NCBI GenBank assembly: GCA_965243325.1
Contig: CBDEUQ010000003.1
Location: forward strand, 30,508-94,507
DNA from: Alphaproteobacteria bacterium
GTDB taxonomy: Bacteria > Pseudomonadota > Alphaproteobacteria > UBA7887
Direction: 5' to 3'
DNA: 64,000 bases
A model generated the notes under the pieces. The model was not told the DNA's origin and did no database searches. It saw only the letters and a list, made by a program, of their open reading frames with translations. Numbering within the stretch: the first letter of the stretch is position 1; each line of letters opens with the position of its first letter. Made by a program: the position numbers and the translations under genes. Below, piece after piece: positions 57,069 to 64,000 of this stretch.

Positions 57069-57857
57069 CCGCAGCGTCTCGCGGGCCGCGTCGTCATCCC
57101 CGGCAACGGACGATGGCGGCGCGGCCCGTTTTCGCGTGCGCACATCGGGGCTGCGGCCACGCTCCCCCTCGCGCGCGCTTTGCGCGACGCTCGTGCTCCG
57201 GCTCGCCGCGCTCGCCGATCGCCGGTGCGTTCGCTGCCGCTCGCACCGATGCGCTCGCGCTGCGCCTCCCGCCGTCGGCTCCGCCGACCCGCCGGTCGGC
57301 AATCGCGTCGTCCGCCTTCGCACCACGCTTCGCATGAGTGCTTCGGCTACTGCGCCGATCATCGTGCACGACACGATGCACGGCGTCGGCGCTGGTGACC
57401 ATGATTGCGATCATCGCGCGCGTCGCCATTGCCGGCTTCGCCGTCATCAGCCTCCGCAGTCGCGGGCGTGCTCGTGCAGCGCCCGCCGCCGATGCCGCCG
57501 TCACCGCGCTCGACACTTCGTCCCTCCGTCGTGTCGCCGACGATGCCCACTCAAGCGCCGTGGCGGCTCCGATCCGCCGCTCTCGCCGGCTCCGATTCCC
57601 CATCGAAAATACTGCCCCGTTCGGCTCTGTCTCTACGGCGGAGCCGGCGATTTCTCACACCTGCCGCAGACTTCTGCATTGAGCGAGCCCTGACCGGCCT
57701 TCCCGATAGAACGATTTCCGTCGTTGTTTCAGACCGTTAGGCGCAATCCCGCCTGACCCGCGATCCCGCGCGCGGTCCCCGTCTCCTTCCTCAAAACGCC
57801 GTCCTTGTTCCCTGCGAACGGGGCTGCATCCGAGGGAACAGACCGGGAGACCGCGCC

Positions 57858-59009
57858 ATGCGCATCTACGCCACCGTCAACGACCGGACCGCGCGCCGAA
57901 GTTTCAGGGAACAGAAACACCGCAAGCGCCCGCTGACCGTGCTGGACCATACGCTGCCCGCCTTCGGCTTCAACATCGCCGCCGACGATACGCGGACGTA
58001 TTTCGTCCGTGTCGTCCGCAAGCTGGGCGCGGACAACATCGCCCTCGGCAAGACCACGGAAACGACCGCCAACGAGGCGCGGGCGAAGGCCGTCACCGAG
58101 ATCGAGGCGGCGCAGGTCGAGCGCAAGGCCGGGCCGCTGATGCGCGACTTCGCCGACGAGTTCATCCGCCGCCGCGCCCATCGCTGGAAGCCGTCCACCC
58201 GGAAGAGCAATCTTTACCTGCTGGGGCGATACATCCTTCCCCCGCTTGGCGGACTGCGGGTCGCGGCGATAACCCGCGCCGACGTGCGGCGCTGGTTCGA
58301 TTCCATGAGCGGCACCCCCGGCGTCGCCAACCGCACCCTGCCGGTGTTGTCGTCGATGATGACCGCCGCCGAGCTTTGGGATATCCGGCCCCAGGGCTCC
58401 AATCCCTGTCGCAACATGCGCCGCTACAGGACCGCCCCGCGCGAGCGCTTCCTGTCGGCGGACGAGTTGAAGCGCCTCGGCTTCGTGCTCGACCACGCCG
58501 AGGACCGGCAGGCCGCCGCCGCGATCCGGCTGCTGCTGTTCACCGGGGCGCGGTCGTCGGAGATCGCCGGGCTCAGGTGGGACTGGATACGCGAGACCCG
58601 CGCGGTGCTGCCGGACTCGAAAACGGGGCCGAAGACGATCCAGCTTCCCGCGCCCGCGCGGGCCGTGCTCGCGAGCCTGCCGCGCGATGGCGCGTTCGTA
58701 TTTCCCAGCCGGAAGGGCGACGGGCCGATGGCCGACCTTGCCAAGCGCTGGCTCAAGCTCCGCGCGCTCGCCGGGCTGGAGGACGTGCGCATCCATGATA
58801 CCCGCCACACATACGCCTCCCATGCGGTGATGGGCGGCCTCGACCTCTACACCGTGGGCCGGTTGCTGGGCCATGCCGATACCGGCTCGACCGAGCGCTA
58901 CGCCCATCTTGCCGACGGGCATTTCCGCGAGGCGGCGGGACGGATTTCCGGGATCGTCGGTGGTGCGCTGGCCGGTGGCCGGAAGCGGGAGGCGGATCAT
59001 GGCGAATAG
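57858..59009 (+). CDS. tyrosine integrase with a divergent N-terminal arm region, first of the second tandem pair
   Basis: Catalytic domain with HDTRHTYASHA...TERYAHL; the N-terminus (MRIYATVNDRTARRSFREQKHRK...) is atypical or shortened. Confidence 0.75.
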   Translation: MRIYATVNDRTARRSFREQKHRKRPLTVLDHTLPAFGFNIAADDTRTYFVRVVRKLGADNIALGKTTETTANEARAKAVTEIEAAQVERKAGPLMRDFADEFIRRRAHRWKPSTRKSNLYLLGRYILPPLGGLRVAAITRADVRRWFDSMSGTPGVANRTLPVLSSMMTAAELWDIRPQGSNPCRNMRRYRTAPRERFLSADELKRLGFVLDHAEDRQAAAAIRLLLFTGARSSEIAGLRWDWIRETRAVLPDSKTGPKTIQLPAPARAVLASLPRDGAFVFPSRKGDGPMADLAKRWLKLRALAGLEDVRIHDTRHTYASHAVMGGLDLYTVGRLLGHADTGSTERYAHLADGHFREAAGRISGIVGGALAGGRKREADHGE

Positions 59010-60183
59010 GACCGGGAAGACACGGCTCAAGGTCGCGGCCATCGCCGCCGCGAGGCCGAAGGCGCGCGAATACACGCTCTGGGACGGAACGCTCAGGAGC
59101 TTCGGGCTGCGGGTCCAACCCTCCGGCGCGAAGTCGTTCATCGTCCAGACCCGCGCGCGGGGCCGGATGCGCAAGATCACGCTCGGGCGATTCCCGGACA
59201 TGAGCCTCGCCGACGCGCGCACGGAGGCCGCCGCTGTCCTCGCCCGTATCTGGGCGGGCGAGGACTTGGCCCCGCCGCGCAAGGTCAAGGCCCCCGTGTT
59301 CCGCGACTTCGCCGCGCGCTACCGGGAGCGGCGCAAGGACGTGTGGAAGCCGTCCTCGCTGGAGACCTTCGACATCTACATGCGAGGTCGGCTCCTGCCC
59401 GCCTTCGGACGGTTCAAACTCGACACCATCGACCATGCGCGGGTCTCGGCGTGGTTCGATGCGGCGAGCGAGGAGCGCCCCGGCGCGGCCAACCGGGCGT
59501 TCGACATCCTGCGCGCCATGCTCAAGACCGCGCGGCAGTGGGGCGAACTCGGCGAGCATGTCCCCGACGCCTGCGCCAATATCACGGTGAACCCGAAGAA
59601 GCCCGTCGCCCGCTATCTCGACAAGGACGAGATCGCCCGACTCGGCGCGGCGCTGGACCGGCACGCCGGGGACCGCCCCTGGCACGTGGCGGCGCTGCGC
59701 TTGCTGGCGCTGACCGGGGCGCGGCTCTCCGAAGCGGTCAACCTGCGGTGGGACGAGATCGCCGCCCTGTCCGAAGACGGCGCGAGCGCGCGCATCGAGG
59801 ACTCCAAGACCGGCCCGCGCACGATCTGGCTCGGGCCGGAAGCGGCGAAGCTGGTGGCGGCGCTGCCGCGCACGGGAGGGGCGGAGCGCGTGTTTCCCGA
59901 AAACCTTACCACGTCGAGGCTCTACGACTTCTGGTGCCGTGTCCGGGAGGAGGCGGGGCTGTCCGGTCTCCGCATCCATGACTGCCGCCACACATGGGCC
60001 TCGCAGGGCATCATGAACGGCGTGGGTCTCCCCACCGTCGGGCGGTTGCTCGGACACAGGCGGCTGGCCACCACCGCGATCTACGCCCATCTCGACGACA
60101 ACGCCTTGCAGGCTGCCGCCGAGAAGGCGGCGAGCCGAATCGCGAAGGCAATGGGGTTCGAAGCCGAGCCGTCACCGCTATAA
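58999..60183 (+). CDS. P4-type tyrosine integrase, second of the second tandem pair (overlaps the previous gene by 11 nt)
   Basis: …LKVAAIAAARPKAREYTLWDGTLRSFGLRVQPSGAKSFIVQ... arm domain; HDCRHTWASQG...TAIYAHL catalytic motif. Confidence 0.85.
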   Translation: MANRTGKTRLKVAAIAAARPKAREYTLWDGTLRSFGLRVQPSGAKSFIVQTRARGRMRKITLGRFPDMSLADARTEAAAVLARIWAGEDLAPPRKVKAPVFRDFAARYRERRKDVWKPSSLETFDIYMRGRLLPAFGRFKLDTIDHARVSAWFDAASEERPGAANRAFDILRAMLKTARQWGELGEHVPDACANITVNPKKPVARYLDKDEIARLGAALDRHAGDRPWHVAALRLLALTGARLSEAVNLRWDEIAALSEDGASARIEDSKTGPRTIWLGPEAAKLVAALPRTGGAERVFPENLTTSRLYDFWCRVREEAGLSGLRIHDCRHTWASQGIMNGVGLPTVGRLLGHRRLATTAIYAHLDDNALQAAAEKAASRIAKAMGFEAEPSPL

Positions 60184-60209
60184 CGGAGATACGCGAGACG
60201 GGCATCACT

Positions 60210-60554
60210 TCAGGCCCATCCGCCATCGTTCAGGCCCCAGCGCTTGATCCAGTCCCAAGCTTTCCGTTCGCCCAATAGCGCCTCCAGCGCCGCCATTTCG
60301 GCGCTGCAACCCAGCGAGCGGCTGTTTTCCTCGTTGTGGCCCTCGCCAGCGGCGCGGGTGCGCTCGGCCTTGCCGACAGCACGCGCATGGTCCTGCGCCC
60401 TCTTGAGCACGTCCATTGCGCCTGCCATGACAGCGTGGCGGATTTCTCCGGCTTGCGAGCGGGCAGGCGGTTTCTCCCGGTCAAGAAGCGCCTCGATGCG
60501 GGTGATCTCCCGCGCCAGGCCGCAGGTGCGGTCGTCGAGCGTCGGTTTCGGCAT
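60210..60554 (-). CDS. hypothetical protein (114 aa)
   Basis: Strong RBS GGAGGGGG upstream of the ATG; promoter region contains two palindromes. Confidence 0.45.
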   Translation of the reverse strand: MPKPTLDDRTCGLAREITRIEALLDREKPPARSQAGEIRHAVMAGAMDVLKRAQDHARAVGKAERTRAAGEGHNEENSRSLGCSAEMAALEALLGERKAWDWIKRWGLNDGGWA

Positions 60555-60569
60555 TATGCGCCCCCTCCA

Positions 60570-60616
60570 TTGGAGCATTTACTCCAAATAGAGTAATCTC
60601 AAATCCAATGCATTGG
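60570..60616. promoter_or_regulatory. pair of palindromic operator-like sites
   Basis: TTGGAGcatttaCTCCAA (60570-60587) and the perfect palindrome CCAATGCATTGG (60605-60616), directly upstream of the minus-strand gene 60210..60554. Confidence 0.4.
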
Positions 60617-60941
60617 CAAGCCGTTCAGCGAATTCGGCGCGGTTCATGGTACCCACGGGGGAAGAGACAAGAACTGGGTCGATTTTCGCCGTCTTCGCGG
60701 GCCGGTTCTGCGCTTCGCGCCTCCGGCATATGGACTTCCGAGCCGCTGTGCGCTAGTCGTCGCTTTACCACTGTCTTTCGGGTTCCCCGCTCTGTCGGGT
60801 CGCCCGCTGAATACAACAGCCTGACCCGGCAAGGGGTAGCTCCCCGCGCTTGGCGAATAGGCGGGAATCGTCTTTCCGAAAGATGGTGGTAACGGCCCGG
60901 CTCCCAGCCGTATCGGGAGCGATGATTGCGAGGGAAACACC

Positions 60942-62336
60942 ATGCGCATCGATTTTGTCCTTGCCTCTGCCGTGTTCATGGTTACCGCCTGCGGAGGTGG
61001 CGGAAGCGGAGGCAAGCTCGCCCAGATGACGCAACAGCCGGACGAGACTCCGGCTATGGTCGCTCCCACCAAAATCGCATTTGCTCCTTCCTCCAGCGGA
61101 CACTACAGGACGGACGGTCTGCCTGGACCGGCAATTTCCGACGCGAAATACATGCCAATCTATCGGGATGATGACCGTATTCTTGTCGGGGTCGAACAAA
61201 CTGCCAATTTTTTACGCAGCCTTCCAGTTATCGCCAAGACCGCGAGTGGCGCAGATATTCGATATGGAATTGTTGATGATGGCGCGGGCGGAAATATCGT
61301 CCGAGAATATCTCAATCAAGTAACCGATGTTCTATTTTCGCATATCGTTGGATTTGAATGGGACGGAAGACCGCAAGTAACTTATGGAGGACATGCATCT
61401 CCTGACGATGTGGAGCGTCTAATCCGTTCCATCCAGCTTGTGAACGTCGCTCTACCGGAATCGCGGAAAATGGAACTCCCTTCCGCGTCTCCCTATCCTT
61501 TGCCGCAAGGTCCCAACTCCGGCATTCATGTCTTTTTTCTCGATCCCGAAAATGATCCTGATTATTGGGGAATAACTTTCAACACGAGAAATGGAGATAC
61601 GCTAAAATCCAACATTTCCATCAGCGCGCATTACACCGATGCTGGTGATCGGCGAGCAACTATTCTACTGGCTCATGAGATTCTACATGCGTTGGGTCTT
61701 GGCGATCATGTTGCGGAATCCCACGATAGCATTTTGGAAGCGGGCAGGGGAATTTATGAGAGGCAACAGAACTCGCCGCAGCCATTGTCCTTGCTCTATA
61801 ACGAAGACCGCGAAGCGCTCCGGGGATTATACGATCCGTCACGATTGGGATCTTGGGCGAATACAGGTTTGCATATCGCCGGACACGGACAGCACACGGC
61901 CTTCGGCGTTGCGCTGCGCAACGGTTATGCCGAGCCATGGGCTTACGGCTATACGCCGAACAGCGACCTTGCCGATAATCGTAGCCTGTCCGGTTCGGTG
62001 AAATGGAGCGGCGAATTGCTCGGGTTGACCCCGGACGCGGCGGCTGTCGCGGGCGATGCTGCGATCAACGTCAATCTGCCATCCATGACGGGCCGGGCGG
62101 ACTTCACCAATCTTGAGACATGGGGCGGGAACACCGCGCCCGGCGCTGCCGGGAGCGGCGCGACATGGCTCGATGGCGATCTCGGCTATGGCATCGCCGT
62201 TCGCGGTAACACCTTCCGGGAGACCGGCGGCGATGACGGGCGCTTGACGGGCATATTCACCGGGCGCTCGCATGAAGGCGCGGCGGGTACGCTTGATCGC
62301 ACCGACCTTACGGCGTCGTTCGGAGCGTCGCGGTAG
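60942..62336 (+). CDS. lipoprotein with a zincin (HExxH) metalloprotease-like motif; lower GC than the backbone
   Basis: Lipobox MRIDFVLASAVFMVTAC; HEILHALGLGDH motif; Gly-rich beta-type C-terminal region ending ...TASFGASR. Confidence 0.5.
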   Translation: MRIDFVLASAVFMVTACGGGGSGGKLAQMTQQPDETPAMVAPTKIAFAPSSSGHYRTDGLPGPAISDAKYMPIYRDDDRILVGVEQTANFLRSLPVIAKTASGADIRYGIVDDGAGGNIVREYLNQVTDVLFSHIVGFEWDGRPQVTYGGHASPDDVERLIRSIQLVNVALPESRKMELPSASPYPLPQGPNSGIHVFFLDPENDPDYWGITFNTRNGDTLKSNISISAHYTDAGDRRATILLAHEILHALGLGDHVAESHDSILEAGRGIYERQQNSPQPLSLLYNEDREALRGLYDPSRLGSWANTGLHIAGHGQHTAFGVALRNGYAEPWAYGYTPNSDLADNRSLSGSVKWSGELLGLTPDAAAVAGDAAINVNLPSMTGRADFTNLETWGGNTAPGAAGSGATWLDGDLGYGIAVRGNTFRETGGDDGRLTGIFTGRSHEGAAGTLDRTDLTASFGASR

Positions 62337-62544
62337 CACATGATTTGTTTTGCCAGTCGTCCTGGCGCGTCGCAAGGGCGGCGGATGGCGTGGGCGCAGA
62401 AAGCCGCATTCGCCGCTCCCTGCTGAGCGCAACATGTAGACCGAAATCGAACGACACCGCTAAACGCCCTTCGCACGGGCTGGTCACGATCTACAAATCC
62501 TCTCGGCAACGGCCCGTGTTGCGCTGGACAGGTGCCATTAACAC

Positions 62545-63429
62545 CTACTCAATTGGAACAACGTTGAAATTTCCATCAAATCCCAGTTTTACCGCTGGCT
62601 CCTTCATGATCTTCAGGAAATTCTCCATTTCGTCACATTCGGCCAAGAGGTCATCTAGAATTTTCATGTAGTACTTCGACTTCTGACTCGCCACTTCGTC
62701 AGAAGCTGGTGCCTGAGAATTGATCTTTTCCTTGTACGAATTTATCCACGTGCGAACTATATCCAGATTACGCTTACACTTCTCGGGTTCAGAGATGTTT
62801 GCCCCGGCAACATTCGTCAATTGCTGAAAAGGAAACAGTACAGTTACTTCGCAGGTGGAATCTACCCTGGCCATTCTATCAAACATCTCTCCGACACATG
62901 AATCTGTTTCTTCTCGTATGTATCGCACAACCTTCGGATCGACTTCAACAAACGGCGTGGCTCCATCGTTCTCAGACATGCGGAACGCTCGAACTGACTT
63001 TTCTCCCGTTAGCGCATTCTGATAACCAGCGCCTATAAACTGTTCATCGCTGTGAAAAATGCTACCTCTTGTAATATAGCCTCGAACCATGACGCCGAAT
63101 TCCAATAAACCGATAATGGACTGCGATATGTGTTCAATCAGATTGATTATCCCCGCTGGGGAAATCTCCGTAGAGATGATGGCGCAGTCTGATATCTGTG
63201 TGACCCTGTAGTCCAAGTCGCGGCTTTCGTGCCGACTCTCGGGACAAATGATTGGTCCATAAGCAGCAATAGATTGAACATGTGACTTGGATTCCAGCTC
63301 TGCACAGATTGCAAGCAGATCGGTCAGGCGGTCGCCACTACCACCTTCGGCGGCTTCTACCTTGGATTTGAATCCAAGTATGTCCACAAAGGCCACGAAT
63401 TTATCGCGAAATTGCGGTTCGAACGTCAC
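62545..63429 (-). CDS. class III nucleotidyl cyclase-like (adenylate/guanylate cyclase fold) protein, low GC
   Basis: FVAFVDILGFKSKV (cf. hhFxDIVGFT), QISDCAIIST (cf. IGDxhhh), MVRGYITRGSIFH...FIGAGYQNALTGEKS (cf. RIGIHTGPV...GDTVNLASRLE). GC falls to roughly 45% by eye. Confidence 0.45.
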   Translation of the reverse strand: MTFEPQFRDKFVAFVDILGFKSKVEAAEGGSGDRLTDLLAICAELESKSHVQSIAAYGPIICPESRHESRDLDYRVTQISDCAIISTEISPAGIINLIEHISQSIIGLLEFGVMVRGYITRGSIFHSDEQFIGAGYQNALTGEKSVRAFRMSENDGATPFVEVDPKVVRYIREETDSCVGEMFDRMARVDSTCEVTVLFPFQQLTNVAGANISEPEKCKRNLDIVRTWINSYKEKINSQAPASDEVASQKSKYYMKILDDLLAECDEMENFLKIMKEPAVKLGFDGNFNVVPIE

Positions 63430-63442
63430 GGCGTTATTGTTC

Positions 63443-64000
63443 CTATCGTTTCAGTGGTACGGCGCTCTCGCTCATGGCCAGCAGCGTAGCGAGAGCTTCA
63501 TCCTCGGAAATCCCCGCTTCCCATCCATAGGCCGCAGCAACGGCGCCGTCCAGCGTAGCGTGCGCATCCGAGAGCCATTGCGGGCGGGTATTGTAGAGGT
63601 TCGTGAGCGTCCGGGCCTTGAGTTCCTTCGCCGCCGCCTCATCGCGCGCGACCGGGCGCTTCGGATAGCCTGGCGCCGGCTCGTCCACCCACTCGACCCA
63701 CTCCGGCGGGTTGAGCCAGCGGTCGCGGAGTTCCACCAGTCGCCGAGCGGCATCGGCTATGGCGACGGCGCGCGGCTCATCCGCGTAGTCGGCGGCGGGG
63801 ATGTTCGGCGAGAGACCGTCCGGGAAGGGGAAGGTCTCGAAGGTGGTGGTCGGCGTGTAGCGCGGCCGATCCTCAAGGCTGGTGCCGAGCCGAAGCGACC
63901 ATGCCTCGTGGAACCGGCTGTGCAGGATGCCGAAGGTCACATCGTCGTCGCGGGCGATGACGATCACTTGGCTGTCGGGCAGGACGCCCGCGTCGAGCCA
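63443..64000 (-). CDS. C-terminal part of a large SAM-dependent DNA methyltransferase (type IIG / PglX-like family); N-terminus beyond the window
   Basis: …ILHSRFHEAWSLRLGTSLEDRPRYTPTTTFETFPFP..., ...TLTNLYNTRPQWL...LDGAVAAAYGW... are blocks I associate with the C-terminal region of MmeI/PglX-type methyltransferases. The ORF is open to the window edge. Confidence 0.45.
   Translation of the reverse strand, partial: WLDAGVLPDSQVIVIARDDDVTFGILHSRFHEAWSLRLGTSLEDRPRYTPTTTFETFPFPDGLSPNIPAADYADEPRAVAIADAARRLVELRDRWLNPPEWVEWVDEPAPGYPKRPVARDEAAAKELKARTLTNLYNTRPQWLSDAHATLDGAVAAAYGWEAGISEDEALATLLAMSESAVPLKR

Larger units (their letters stand above)
43099..57332 (+). mobile_element. putative integrated element A (genomic island); extent approximate
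   Basis: Begins with a tandem tyrosine-integrase pair. The cargo is all hypothetical or mobile-type genes (DUF3800, serine recombinase module, SSB, DUF2493, Zn-ribbon repeat family). It ends before the next integrase pair. An imperfect 18-20-bp direct repeat CCTTCGCACCA(A)CGC(C)TTCG lies at 43099-43118 and about 57315-57332. Confidence 0.45.

Noticed and set aside
57136-57693. 185-aa plus-strand ORF and overlapping ORFs in the gap before the second integrase pair
   Set aside because: Arg/Ala/Pro-rich low-complexity translations in every frame with no RBS context. Treated as non-coding or decayed sequence.
60640-60941. Cobalamin riboswitch upstream of the lipoprotein gene (ACCACTG B12-box-like heptamer)
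   Set aside because: Other conserved cobalamin-riboswitch blocks (GGTG...GAATCC, GCCACTG context, GGAAGGC) do not line up, and the downstream gene is not a typical B12-regulated function. Kept only as an unclassified structured leader.

Overview
This is a 64-kb, roughly 70% GC window that looks alphaproteobacterial by gene content and order. It has three parts.

**1. Left end (1-2.2 kb).** A P4-type tyrosine integrase gene is split by a complete IS110-family insertion sequence.

**2. Chromosomal backbone (2.3-42.6 kb).**
- A CoA-transferase, an XoxF-like lanthanide-type PQQ dehydrogenase, a monohaem cytochrome c and several small secreted / Sel1-repeat proteins.
- htpG, then a yfgM-like gene, bamB and der.
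- glcF, separated by about 18 kb from glcD-glcE.
- A MATE efflux gene and pntAA-pntAB-pntB.
- A translationally coupled pdxY-SDR-enoyl-CoA hydratase-metY-hydrolase operon.
- rpmE, cyaY, an MsbA-like ABC exporter and pip.
- A second, unrelated IS110-family element whose transposase carries an in-frame TAG at a conserved Trp codon.
- A Slam-like DUF560 outer-membrane protein and a stand-alone biotin carboxylase.
- cobK, rpmJ and cobD, the latter embedded in a dctPQM TRAP-transporter operon.
- A 20-bp x3 tandem repeat that supplies both the dctP stop codon and the dctQ start codon.

**3. Two back-to-back integrated elements (43.1 kb to the window end).** Each opens with a tandem pair of adjacent or overlapping P4-type tyrosine integrase genes.

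Element A (about 43.1-57.8 kb) carries:
- a DUF3800 protein;
- an HTH - small ORF - large serine recombinase module whose three ORFs overlap in ATGA junctions;
- SSB;
- a DUF2493 (SLOG-like) protein;
- a repeat-rich candidate cis-acting site;
- a three-member paralogous family of Arg-rich proteins built from 3, 5 and 7 tandem Cys4 zinc-ribbon modules, which I do not recognise and rank as the main candidate novelty.

Element B (57.9 kb to beyond the window) has lower-GC cargo:
- a metzincin-motif lipoprotein behind a long structured leader;
- a class-III nucleotidyl-cyclase-like protein;
- the C-terminal part of a large DNA methyltransferase, which looks like a defence-type locus.

I found no rRNA, tRNA or CRISPR array. 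Everything rests on reading the sequence and the ORF track by eye; no database searches were run. Near 56.5-58.3 kb my line-derived coordinates may be off by 1 relative to the ORF track; where they disagree I followed the track.
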